Positions 1-13,045 of a DNA stretch of 64,000 nucleotides are shown here, one piece after another (within the stretch, counting starts at the first letter, position 1; the number at the start of each line of letters is the position of its first letter). Under the pieces are notes generated by a model that was not told the origin of the DNA, did not search any database, and worked only from the letters and a program-made list of their open reading frames with translations. A program made the position numbers and the translations under genes. Location: NCBI GenBank assembly GCA_016748015.1, contig JAAOMT010000128.1:1743538-1807537 (forward strand). The letters are read 5' to 3'. The stretch comes from Geosiphon pyriformis uo1. Taxonomy: Eukaryota > Fungi > Glomeromycota.

Positions 1-3000
1 ACAATTGTATTTATTATACCAAACTTTAGAAAAAACCACATTAGCAGCTTAAACTATAACTTCTTTTAGTATTTTCTATACTGTATTTAAGTCATTATTA
101 TATCTTGTATTCTCAAACACCTTTGATCTAACCAGCATCTTAGCAGAAAAATGGTCTTTAAAGCCCAACTATTGGTTGTCATCTGCATTCCCCAATTTGA
201 ACTTTTACTGGTCTCAATTGGCTTGCTTGTGAATACTAAAAAGATGAACATCCAGAAGTCCACCCAAACCAATTAAAACTAAAACTAACTTATGATCTGT
301 ATTGAAAAACTCTAACACATTATCGATTTTGTGTGATGTAATTGCAGATGCCAAATTTCCATTCACAAAAATAAAGTCAATTATTCTCTCAACACTCCTA
401 AAATTGCTTCAGATAGATGTTTTGACCAGTGAGTGTTTATCAAAAGTGTTAATTAGGCCCAAACCCAAATAAAACTTAAAGCTTGCATTCCTCTTAGATC
501 TATTCTCATTAAAATCACCTAGAATCACAAAAAAGCTGGAATTAATTGCCTTAGAAACCATAAAATTAATATTAGCAGCTTGGCCAAAATGCACACCAAT
601 AGATATACCAGCATAAAAACCTAAGATTGTAACTAAAAGCCTGTTTTTAAACAGAAGATGTACTCTAATCAGATGACCAAAAATCTCATCTACCTTCAAC
701 ACATGCTAAGCCAAAAAATTGTTCATGATTATAGCAACTCCAGCATCATAAAAACCAGCATCCAAATCAGAAGTAAAAATCTGAATTTCATCAAACTTAT
801 TTATAATCCAAGGCCTAATGTTAGACCTCAACTTTGTCTCAGTAACAATAGAAACCATATTATCCGAATTCTTATGCCAACAAATAATGTTATTCTGTTT
901 AGCTAAATTTGTCATGTCCCTAATATTGCATGTAGCCACCTTTCAAATGAGCTTACTCATTAATGCAAATAATATACCAAAGAATCCGAATTTACATACA
1001 ACAGATCTAACTTTCTCAAAATTGAGCCAATAAAAACTTTAGGAGTTATCATTTTAAATTCTAAACTGCCAACTTTAGAAATAAGGATTTTCAAACTATT
1101 CAGACCCAAATCTACAATCTTGTTTTCTATCACAGAAGATGAAGGAGAAAGAGATGGCCATAAAATATTCAAAACCATATCAATATCTAATATTGACAGT
1201 ATATAGAATAGGAATAACCAGAAGACCAACTTGAGAAACAGACACCAGAAACACCAGCTTTACACCATTTAATCTGTGCATAATACTTGACACTTGATCA
1301 GCCAGCAGTTCTAAAAAGTGTTTTAGTAAAGCCAAACAATCATTAATTGAAGAACTCTCTTGAGCAACCAGTGTGCACTCTTTATTATTTGAGGCATTAT
1401 AAGAAGGAAAACCAGATTCTGAACCAGAACTGAAATAAAAACCATCAGAGGAAGAGGCAAATGAAACTATCTGCACTGTTACTCTTAAAATATAGGAAGT
1501 ATATTAGCATATAAATTAGCCAATTAGAAGTAGTCATAGTAAATATGAAATTCCAGAATTCCTCTCAAAAGAATTGCAGGATTCCAAGAATTTCAGGATT
1601 CTTATATAAAAAATTACAAAATTCCAGAATTACAGAATTTCTGGTGTAAAAAATTGAGAAATTAAAGAATCTCAATTATGTATATATAGTAATAACATTA
1701 AAAGTAGAAAAAAAGAAGATCTCTTAGTTTAAATTTTATTTAAGCAATCTTCTAAATTACAAATATCAATAAATAATTATTTGTTATCTCAATCTATTCT
1801 CCATTATTAACACTTTATGTTGATAGTACTTCATACTTGACCACACTGGAACAATAGTTCTTGATCATGACTATTGACAGAATACTAACTTAATTGCCTT
1901 GGCTTATTTTTTTTTGTTATCTTTTCTTTCTTTTATTTTTTCTTTTATTGTTGTATACTAATTGATTAAGAATTAAGTGCTAAGTTACTGATGTTAGGGT
2001 ATAGCACTGGTAAAAGACCCAGGGATAAAGAGTAAACACTCAATTTAAGGATAGCTTACTAGGAGATTGCCAGCCACCATGTTAAGAAAAAAATTGATGG
2101 AATTGTAATTCTGGAAAGTAATAGACAACAAACCACATTAATTCAAGGATTAACATGGAAGCACCACTAAAAAAAACACACTTGAATTTCTGTCTATTAT
2201 ACAAAAAACTTCATTTAAAACCTTCAAATAATTACCAACAAGATCAGTTATTATGCACCAAGTTACAGGTTTGTTATTTGATTTGAGATCCCAAATAATC
2301 AACTGTAACAGCATCTAAGACTTACTGCCAAAGGCAGCAAAATGGGAGATAGGAACACTTTTTTTAGCATACAGCTTTGCCAGCTAAAGACAATGTACCT
2401 CTAAAGTGACTCTTTTAACTAACTTTGAAGACTTAGAGGTAGATGCAGTTTGTTCATTACACTCTAAAGCAGAATAACCAAAATGCTCACACTTCTCACA
2501 ATGAACCAAATTCAATTTAGCCCAAGAAAGATTAACATTACCAAATATCAGCTCAGTGTGATAAGCAGATTCCAAATTTTCTTCAGATTCAAAGCCAATC
2601 ACAGCATAGTAAACCTGATTATCAGACTCCATTAAGCAATTAATGACACAGGTTTTCTCACCAGTTCTATCCAAGAGAGTGCCAAAATTATGAGCAGTCA
2701 TTCCTATTGGCAAAATATACAGCAGTATTCTAAAACCAATTTCTGGATGCCCAAGTTTCATGATCCTCCACTGCCATAGTGAGTTCTTTCTAATCAAAAA
2801 AAACTATTTAGAAGCCAAATGTTCAATCTGACCTAATTCAGCAAATTACATCACAGTCTTTTGCCATATTTCAATCAGTTGAATTTTAATTGACTTAATT
2901 TCACCAAACTTAACTACTGCAGCAACAATTATTTCCTTAGACATATCTATAGGAATTTTCTTAATGACCACAGCCCAATTTGAAAGCATTTTTTGTTTCT

Positions 3001-3768
3001 TAACATTAACATTTACAATGATTTTTTTCTCTTTGGCCAATAAGGCAGTCTTTTTTATGCTAATCTCTAAAGTAAAGATAGATCAGATAATTTCTTTAAA
3101 TTTTGAGAAGATAGTGGCCCTCCCAAAACCATTGACAGAAAAAAAATTTTTTCTAATCAACTGAGTTTTTGTTGTAACAAGTTAATATTCAAAGCAAATA
3201 ATTTTTTAATGACAAATTTCACAGAAGTTTTTACAATTTTGGGATTTATCCATTTCTTGTCTAAAGACATACTAAGAGGAGGTGGAAGAAGTTACACTTT
3301 TTCTTCTATGTTATAATTGGGAGAACCAAGAGGGGATTCAAGAATCACACCAGTATTTACTCTTTTTACTTTAGAAGTATTAGCTGCCAAGTCTAAAAGA
3401 GACTCGCTGTTGATATTTTTTATAATTATGTTTTTTTCTTCACAGCTAAACTCACTATCTAAATCCAAATATGTGTTATCAAAACCAGATTTGATTAAAG
3501 AAATGTCTCTTTTATTGTCTGAATACTTAATATTACTTAGAACCACTTTTTTCTTCTGGGAAAAAAAACCACCAGCAGGATCATAGAAAACATCTTTGGG
3601 CATTTTTTTTTTAGACATGTTATTGCCTGAAGCAGTTTTTAAATTCATGACAAAAGAATTATTAATTAAAGAAATAATAATATAGACTAACAAAAAAAAT
3701 AAAAATAAAAACTTCTTTTTTAGAAATGCACTCTTTGGAATTTTTAGGATGTAAAAAAAAAAAGTTTT
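1..3768 (-). mobile_element. Decayed LINE (copy A): 5' UTR, ORF1 (3648-960) and start of ORF2 APE endonuclease (960-1), running off the window; interrupted by a solo LTR
   Basis: ORF fragments with CEKCEHFGYSALEC knuckle and APE motifs (ATCNIR, ETKL, GDFNE). Colinear with the LINE at 12922-29542, including the 5' UTR. Confidence 0.92.
1477..2310 (+). mobile_element. Solo LTR (Gypsy family 1-related) inserted in LINE ORF1
   Basis: TGTTACTC...TGTAACA termini, similar to the LTRs at 15307 and 24620. 4-bp TSD GCAC/GCAT. LINE ORF1 rejoins across it. Confidence 0.92.
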
Positions 3769-4242
3769 GTAAAATTTTTAATTATAAGCTTTTTAATAAA
3801 TAAAATAAAATAAAGTTAAAAAAATAAAATTTAAAAAAGTCTTTTATTTAGATTTAAAATAATTAAACCATTTTATTAAAATTAATAATAATAAAAAAAG
3901 CTTTATTTATATATTTAATTATAATATTATTTTAAGTTTTAATATTTTTTAAATATTAAATACATATTTTAGTAAATTGCAAATTGTTTTAATTATATTA
4001 ATTAAAATTAATTTTAACAAACATGTTACTTTTATTATTATATAATAATAAAAAATTATTATTGATAACCAAATTTAAACTACAATTTAATAAATAAATA
4101 AAAATATAAAATATAAAAATAATTATAAAAAAAAATTTTTTTTCTTATATTTAAAATTTATCAAAGAGTACATTTGTTAAAAAAAAAGTTTTTAATTATT
4201 TAGTATAATAAATCCAAAGTATTTTTGCTAAATTATAAGACT

Positions 4243-7200
4243 ATAGTTGGTTTTAGTATTACTATTATAAAAAAGTTTATTAAAAATTCTGGCTCTAATA
4301 TTAATAACAACATATTTTTTCTAAAAAAAAAAAAGGAGTGATACTTTAGAAAACAGTATTAATAACAAAAAAGTTTCTATTAAGAATTTAAATGATTGTT
4401 TTTAAGGCTCTAAAACTAGTAATATGAAAAAAAAGTATTTAGTTAATTATAGTAAAAAAAACATTTTTAATAAAAAAAATTTTAATTAGACACCAAAAAA
4501 TTTATGAGTAAAAGCCAAGAAAATTTTAAGAACATTATTAAAAAAAATTAATTTCTTAAGTAATAATAATAATATTTTGTTAGATGTTATTACAATTTAA
4601 GATTTTAGCAAAAAAATTATAAAATAAAATAAAATATCTAATTATAATATAACATAATAATAATTTTAGAAAAGTAATAATTAACATAGTAGCAAACACT
4701 ATTTTATAATAATGACAAGCACTAGTTTACAATAATGACCAATACCAATTGGTGATAGTAACAAACACCAAATTAAGATACCAAAAAAAAAGTATTACAA
4801 TATGTTTTTTTATAGAACTATAAACATATATATATATACAATAGCTTTAATATTTAAGAAAAACAACAAGTTATAAAACAAATCATAAAAACAAGTTATC
4901 AAATAACTCATTCAACAATTCTATTTTAATTATTTTCTAGTTTTTATTTTTAAAATAAATATCCACAAAAACTTTTAATCAAAAAATTATTAAAAACTGA
5001 ATTATTACAACTCAAAGTATTAAAAAATTTACTTGTATTATTTATTAAATGAAACTATTATTTATTAGCTGAATTTTTTGGAAAAATAATTCCTAATCAA
5101 AATTATTTATGTTGTACTAATTAATAAAAACTTTATTGTAAAAATTAAAAAAAGTGTTAAAAGCTATTAACATTCTATGTTTTTAGATTAAAAAAACACA
5201 TTAGACAATTGTAAAAATAGTCTTAAAGAAGACTCCAAACAGCAAATAAATTTCAGTTTAGTCTTTAAAAAAGAGTACATAAACATATACAACAATCAGA
5301 ATTAAAAAATAACTTATATTGTAACATCAAAAAAAGTCTTCAATATAATTATTAATATTATTACACAAATAGAATTAAAAAACTTATAAAAGACTGATTC
5401 CAATTAAAACAAAATATTAACAATTAAAATAATCAAGAAAATCATCACATAATAATATTTTACTGGCTTTTTTTTTTCTAAAAAATTTGGTTTATGTTTT
5501 GTTAGAAAATTATTTACTTTAAATATTGGCTTAAATAATATTATTGAAAAGTTATCTTAAAATAAACTTATAATAATCAGAAAATTATTTTCAAAAATTA
5601 ATGGTTTAGGAAAGCTTTTATTTTTTCAAAATTTGCTAAAATCATCTGTACATTTTTTATATTTGAATTAAGCTTAATGCAGACAATAAAAAAGACAAAA
5701 ACTGCAAATATCTTAGTTAACACCAATTTAAAAAAATCAGCAGTACACTTAAATTAGGCTGTGATAATAAAAAAAATTTTAATTGAAATGTTAACTGAAA
5801 CTGTACATATTGTGCTATTCGAATTTAACAATATTAAATCAATTAACATATAATTAGTAAGATTATGACAAAAGGTTGTAACTAAATTTAATTAATTAGA
5901 TTATGTTAATTTGGTCATAAATAAGTGGTTTGTCTTAATTAAAAAAAATACAATATGTATAACTAAAGCTAATATAAACAAAAAATCATAAGATACAAGA
6001 GACCAAAACAAAATACTACTCTATACACTACTAATAAAAACCAATGCTTATAATATTTGGAATTTTATTAAATCTGTGAATAAAAAAACATGTATTATTA
6101 ATTATTATTTAGTTAAGTATGTCTAAATCAGATGTGTAGTTGTTTGTTTTAATTCTGCTAAGTTATTAAATACTGTCATAAAAATCACATTAGTATTAAA
6201 GAGCACTAATCTATGTTGGTTTTACTTAAGATTAGCCAAGTATGTCAAGTATAAAAATTTAGGTCATATATTATTAAATTATTTAGTAGATAAAAAAAAC
6301 TTCTTCTGATAGATTACTTTGTAGAATTTTTTCAAAATTAGATAAAAGCAGATTAACAGCCATTTATGTTAAATATTTGGCTTCTGTTGCTTATTTTGTT
6401 TTTTTTGGTGGTATTTTATGAACAAAAATTGTTAGTAAGTCTTCAATTTTTTTTTATATATAAAATCCTACAAGTTTTGGTTTTTTTTCAAAAATAAAAT
6501 TTATTTTGTTTATATCAAAAAAAATAAATATTAGATTTGTCACTTTTAAGTACAGTTTTATTAGGTTTGCAAAGTAAGTTAACAAGCTGGCTAAGAAATT
6601 AAATATATTTGAACCAATAATTTCTTAGCTTAATTCTAAATATTAGTCATTAATAATCTCTTCATTACAAAATTAAGAAACAAATACAATAATAAGTAAG
6701 AATTTAAGTACAGCTACTATTAATAGAACTGTTATAAGAGTAGAGTTTTTGAATTAATCAATTGTTTTAAGATTGGAAAAAAAAATAAACAACTTGTCAA
6801 TTATAGTTATAGATCTATTGGCTAAAATAAACAATAATGGTTTAAGTTTAAATACTTTTTCTTAATAATAACTGATTTGATCTGAAAAATTGTTATGTAC
6901 AATATTAAAAGTATAAATAATCTTGTTAAGCAAAAAAATGTTATTTGTTGGCATAAAAAAATAAACAATTTGATTTTTATTGTTACTAAAATGAAATTAA
7001 AAAAAAATTTTGTTTATAAATTGTTAATAAGTTTAATAATGTTTAAGTATTCACTTTTGGTTTAAATTCTGTTTATTTGGATTTTGGTATTATAGTTATT
7101 ATAAATGTTATTTTAATAAGACATATATACAAAGTTTCTGAAATTGTTAGTTAGCTTTTGTTTTTTAAGTTGTTTTTCAAAAATAAACTCTCTGTATTAG

Positions 7201-8977
7201 TTTTGGGATTATATACTAATACTGTTTTGGCAACATATTTGGCTTAAGCTAAAAAAATCAATTCACTAATTGTAAAAACTGTAAATAAATCTTTTTTTGT
7301 GATTTTAGATAGCAATTTCAATGAAAATAGTTTTTACAGATATGCTAGTTTCAAGAAGTGTCTTGATTTGAGATTGGTTAATTCTTTAGTAAGAAGTTTA
7401 ACTGTAAAAGTTCTAACATAAAAAAATTCTAAAGATGTTAAAAGAACAATTGATTACATATTTGTTTTTTTAAATTTAATCAATGTAGTAGTAAATTATG
7501 TAGTTCTAAATATTGGTAAATACTTTAATACTAATTATTAAACTGTTTTTATGTCTATGAGTTTGGGTGGTTTGCTAAATGTATATTTGATTTTTTTTAT
7601 AAATAGACAAATAGAAATTGTTAGAAGTTTGACTTTAAAAGTGTTAATAGTATTAAATAGACCAGTTTTAAAAATATTACTATGGCTAATATTATAATGT
7701 TTTCTAATAAATTTATTGTAACTAAAAAGTTTTTGAATTTGAATATAATATAGAATATTATTTATAAGATAATGTGTTTGTTAACCAATAAAGTATTTAA
7801 AAAAAAATAATTCAAGAATTTTAATGGTGTTTTTTACCAGAAAATTTCTTAAATTTCATAAGTTAGAAATTTTGGTATCAAAAATTATTAAGTTTTTACA
7901 TATAAAGCCCAGTAATAAGTTTGCTTCTTTAATAAAATACTAGATATCTTTAGACAGTAATAAAGCTTCAAATGTTCAAGTTTTGTTAAACTCTAATGCC
8001 AATTTTAATAGTATAAAGTCTGTTTTATTTGATGTAAAAAAAATTTATTATACTTCCAAACTTGTTGGATTATTGAAAACTAAAGAATCAAATATTAGAT
8101 TTGTAATTAACAAATATATAAAAAGCTTTGCTGTCAATAAGAGTCATATAATTAAAAATATATTAAAGCATCTATTTGGAAAATAGTTTTAAATTATGTA
8201 ATTGTTAATAATAAATTGGTTCTGAATTTCAGTAAGATTAAATTTAAAATTAATGTAATAATGAAAGATTAGACAAGAAAGAGATTGGTTTTAAACAGTA
8301 TTTCTAATTTATAGCATTATTAATATTTGCTACTGATCCATATAGATAATAATGCTTTTTTTGATATTATAAATATTATTGTTTATAATAATATTCTATA
8401 AATAGTCAAGAACTTACTTGATAAAAAAACTATTGGTTTGTTTGATATTACTAATAAGTTCTGAAAACATTATAATATTTTGGTTCTTAGGATACTTAAA
8501 ATTTTTTTTAGTGTTTAAATCCGTATTTCAGCCTTGAAAAGAGGCTTAAGTGTTAATAATTTTTAAACTTTATAAATAGAAAAATGTTTTGACCAAAATT
8601 AAATTAATTGCTTTAATTAAAACTACTTAAAAGATTCTTTTTAAGATACTTTTTAATAAGATTTCTTTGGTCTGTAGCAAATTTGATATTCTTTATAGTG
8701 ACAATTTTTCTGTATTAAAAAGCACTATTATTTAGTTTTTTGTTTTTGCAATAGGCTTAATAATTAAAAATACATTAGAAAAGAGTTGTAAATTATGACT
8801 AGTTTTGCAAAATATACAAAAAACCTATAATTTTGTTAATTGACTTTATTTAAAAAATAGTTTAATTCAGATAAAAATATGTAAATAGTTTATTAAATTC
8901 TTTGGTAGTATTTACAATAATAAAATTAATTGAGTTATAAAAAATTATAGACTTATAAATAGATATTGGATACATGA
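4243..8977 (+). mobile_element. Heavily decayed LINE (copy B): ORF1, then ORF2 APE and RT to the YWIHD region, truncated by an LTR element
   Basis: Degenerate translations match the ORF1/ORF2 motifs of the other LINEs (APE start ~6870; ILDSNFNE ~7300; RT LVLQN..KTYN ~8800). Confidence 0.85.
4585..5457. mobile_element. Probable decayed solo LTR or other insertion within LINE B ORF1
   Basis: Interrupts ORF1. Termini TGTTATTAC / ATAATAATA (decayed GTAATAACA). No clean TSD. Confidence 0.5.
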
Positions 8978-11222
8978 TATTACAGATGATTATTTGGTAG
9001 TTGAAATAAATAACAAATCTGTAACTAATGCTCAATAGTTAGTATGATTAGTAATTTTGAAGATTTTGGTTGTCTGAAAGTTTTGGTTAAGTTTTTTGTA
9101 TAATGGACAGAGATTTAATAATTGTGTTAATAGTTTCTTAAAATTGTAATTCCATCAAATTTTTTCTTCAATATAGTAACCAGTTTATTCTGATAGTTGT
9201 GCCCTTCTGATAAGCTATTTGTAAATTTTTTAAACTTTATACTCTTTCTTTGAGATTTTTTTATCAGGCTATCTTTGACATCAATTATTTAGTGCTTAAT
9301 TTTTTTAATCAGTTAATAAATCAACAAACAACAAAAAATAAAAAAAATAAAAGAAAATAAAGAAAATAAGAATTAGTATCCCATTAATAGCCATAATTAA
9401 GAACTATTGTTTTAGTGTGGTTAAGTATTAACTTTTATCAACATTCCATGTTGATAGAGTGGAAATAATTTAATATTCTTTAATTAAGTAATAATAATAT
9501 GGATTTAAGTAGTAATGGATAATTTATTAATATGTAATATGAATTTAAACTGCTTTTAATTGGATGTTCTTGCTATAAATTCTAATTTGGGGATTTTAGC
9601 TTGGGAATTTTGTCTTTTTTGCTTTTAATACTCTTGCTATATATACATAATTGATGTTTTACAAGATCTCATACATTTATGAGCAATATGTTATAGTTTC
9701 TCAAGCAATGTGCTCTAATTTACTAATATTGCTTATATTGCTAAGCAATATGTCATAATTTACTGACATTGCTTATATTGCTGAGCAATGTGTTATAATT
9801 CGCTAATATTGCTTATATTGCTAAACAATGTGCCATAATTTACCAATAATATGCTTATATGCTCAATATTTTTCTTCTATTGGTTTATTTTTCTTACTAT
9901 TTATTTTGTGTTCTTTTTTATGAGTAATATTATCTTCTCTTTTTTAATATTGAGCTCTGTTAAAATTTTTATTTTGTATTAATTTTACTACTTTTTTTTC
10001 TAATACTATTTGTTTAACTCTGATTCTTATATCATCTACTTATAAGTTTTTTATTCTTCCCTACTGGTTAATGGTTATTGTTTTCATTTCTGGGTGTAGT
10101 AGTATTTTTGAATAATTTTGAAATATAGTGTATAGTTAATAGATTGTTCTAATATAAAGTGATAAATTTGTCTTCTTTTCAATAAAATTTTCAATTTGTT
10201 GTATTATTTCTTGATTGAATATTCTTTTAGATTTGTCAATATATAATTCTTAAATATTCAACTTTTGTCTTAACTGATAATAACAGTATGGTATTGAAAG
10301 TTGTTTTGTTTAGTGTTTTTAACTTTTTTATTAGCTTTTCTGTTAGAACAATTATGAGTATTTTTCCAAAAGTATTTTTCACTTTCTTTATTATTTTATC
10401 TGACTAATGTTTTGTTGAATTCAGTAGTCACTGATATAATGTATTTTCTGTTTTTTTTTTTTTGGTGTTTTAATAGCAGATTGTTTGGTGGTTGATAACA
10501 ATTTTTATATTTAATTGTTGTTAATTTACAGCTTGAAATAATTGTTAAGCCATTGAGTAAATGTGATCTGGAATTTTCATTTTTTTGTTGTTGCTTTTGT
10601 CATATATACTATGTCTTTTTTTATATTATTTTGGTTAATCACTTTGATATGTTTGTATTAATAATTATAATTGGTTTCAAATCTTGTGAAATTTTTTCTG
10701 ATTAGACTAGTATTTGCTGTACTCCCAGTTGTGAAATATTACTAGTGGATAATAATATTATATTGTAATATAATTTCAATCAATTTCTATGTGCTGTTTT
10801 AGCTAAGATTTTGTTGTTTTATCTTAATTTATAAGTTCTATTTCTTAGAATTTTTCAATGTAAAATAATCTATTTTATTTGGGGTCAAATTTTCTATTCC
10901 ATTGTTTTTCTACTTTAGTATAATATAAGAGTACTTTGTTTTTACTTCTGAATTCAACTGGTTTATCTGGTAATTGGTTATTATATTGTTTTTTTTTGTT
11001 TTTTTTGTGACTTTTGAATGTTATCAGCTGTTTTTTGTCTTTTGTTTTCTAAAGTTTCGATTAGTTTATATGTTTTTTTTAACAATATTCTTTGTAAATT
11101 GGCTTTTGTTATTGGTTCTATTGAATATATGTTAATGTTTATCTTAACTGATAATATTGTTGTTCTACTATAAATAAGTTCAAATAATGTTGCTTATGTA
11201 GTATTTTGTTTTATTGTTCAAA
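8978..11222 (-). mobile_element. Truncated Gypsy 3' part: integrase C-terminus, ORF3, PPT and 3' LTR (8978-9929)
   Basis: Reverse complement matches 23340-25433 (RTIKQ.T, PK.DG.F, ORF3 ending GAGCTCAATATTAA, purine tract, LTR ends). Confidence 0.88.
9716..9870. repeat. 40-bp tandem array (~4 units) in LTR, each with an ATTGCT-N-AGCAAT palindrome
   Basis: TAATT recurs at 9716, 9756, 9796 and 9836. Confidence 0.9.
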
Positions 11223-11473
11223 ATATTTATTTATTTTTTAGCCAACTATATCACTAAATATCTAGATAAAACTAAAAAATTTCTATAAATAATTTGTTTT
11301 AATACTTTTAAAGCATTTTTCATAATTTTTTTTGGCTAATTATTACTACTTATATGTTTTATATTCTTTTTTTTTGAATTTTTTAAGAATATTATAGATT
11401 GTAAAAAAGATATATTTATTTTATTCTGTATTTTTTTTGCTTTTTGTATTTTTTGTTTTCAAAAATATAATAT

Positions 11474-12141
11474 TGTTATAAGTTGGAGTAACAAGCTAAT
11501 GAATAGCAAAGGAGAACAAAATTGTAGGATAATGAAAAGAATCAAAAAAAATTTAATTTCAAAGAGTAAATTGAATAAGTATAGATTCAATATACAAGAT
11601 CAGTCTTATAAAATATCTCAGTTACTATACTTTTCAAAAGATAACTGGAAAATCTAAAAGTAAAGAGATAGTCTATACTGTCAATAAATGATTACATACT
11701 GGTATAATTTTATGCTTTATGTTAGTACTCTTAGAATTTAATATTAAGTATTAAATGTACTTTTCAGTCATGTTTTATTCAATAATCTTCAAATATTACA
11801 ATTACACATTTTAGAAAAAAGGTAGGGAATAACCAACAAATAATTTTTTATTTTAAAATGTTCAGATACTTGAAAGTAAAGAAAGAGAAATTAGTGATAA
11901 AAGAAAGATTGAGATAAAAATTTTTATTTTATTTATTTAATTTTCTTAATTTTTGACATGTATTTTTATAGTTAAGAGATTCATTGCTTATATAGCTATC
12001 AAAAGTGGTCAATAATCAAGTTAATAATCAGATCATTAATCAAGTCAATAATTATTATCTAAAAATAAGATGGGTAATTATATAATATTAATGACTAATA
12101 CATATAATAACCAATAAAAAGTATGGATTTCAATCATAACA
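11474..12141 (-). mobile_element. Solo LTR (Gypsy family 2)
   Basis: TGTTATA...CATAACA termini, perfect ATAT TSD. Reverse complement of the LTR at 46091-46752. Confidence 0.9.
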
Positions 12142-13045
12142 ATATGATTTGTCATTGTGTTTTTTGCTTTGAAGTTATTATTTTAAAGACAAATTTAAAA
12201 AAAAACTATTAATTAATATACAAAAAAAATTTTTTAGAGCTTAGTTACTTATTTAATATTTTGTTTCTATTTTTATTATCACAAAATTTACCAAAAACAA
12301 TTAAATTAAATATAATTTTAGTAGATTTATATTTTTTTAATTTTTTTTATTAGACTGTAAATATCATAATAAAACTAATATAAAAATCAAAAAAATTAAT
12401 GTTTTGTTTTTTACAAAAAGAAAAACAAACTTTAATTAAAAATAATAATTTGAAAGATACTAAAAAAATATTTTTTTTAAATATTTCAAAAAAATTAATA
12501 ATAATAATTTAAAAAAAAAATTGATTTTAATTTTTTTGGTTATTTAAATAATTGTAAAAAAGATTGTAAAAGAAAAATAACTTAATTATTAGTTTATTAT
12601 TAAAAATCATAAAACTGGTTTTAATTAATTTTTTAAAAAAAAATTTAAATAAAAAAACTTTTATTTAAAACCAAAAAAAAATTTTTTTAACAGCCAAAAA
12701 CTGCTTTGTGTTTTTAAAATTTAAGAAAAATATTTCAAAAAAAATATTGTTTATTTGTTTTTATTTTTAAAAAAACTTTCTGAATATTAAAATTTCTAAA
12801 AACAATAGAAAAAAAAGATTTGTTTATTTTATTAAATATATAAAAAATTATATTTATATTTTATTTTATTTATTATTATTTTAATTAAATTATATAACAA
12901 AATTACATATATATATATTAAATTGAAAACTTCTTTCTCTCTTACTTCCAAAAATTCTCAAAAAGTACATTTTCTGTAAAAAAAAGTTTTTTTGTTTTTT
13001 TTAGTCTATATCAATATTTCTTTACCTAATAATAACCTATTTTTC

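Noticed and set aside
9716-9870. CRISPR-like palindromic 40-bp periodicity
   Set aside because: No unique spacers and no cas genes; it is a tandem array inside a eukaryotic LTR.
11225-12920. Extremely AT-rich tracts flanking the solo LTR (also 3770-4240, 40620-41080, 43990-45400, 55730-56400)
   Set aside because: Probably terminally decayed TEs, but no motif or terminus could be recovered by eye.
12911-12921. ATATATATTAA as TSD of LINE C (implying Ginger inserted into its right TSD)
   Set aside because: Low-complexity match, and Ginger is more decayed than LINE C, so insertion order is unresolved.
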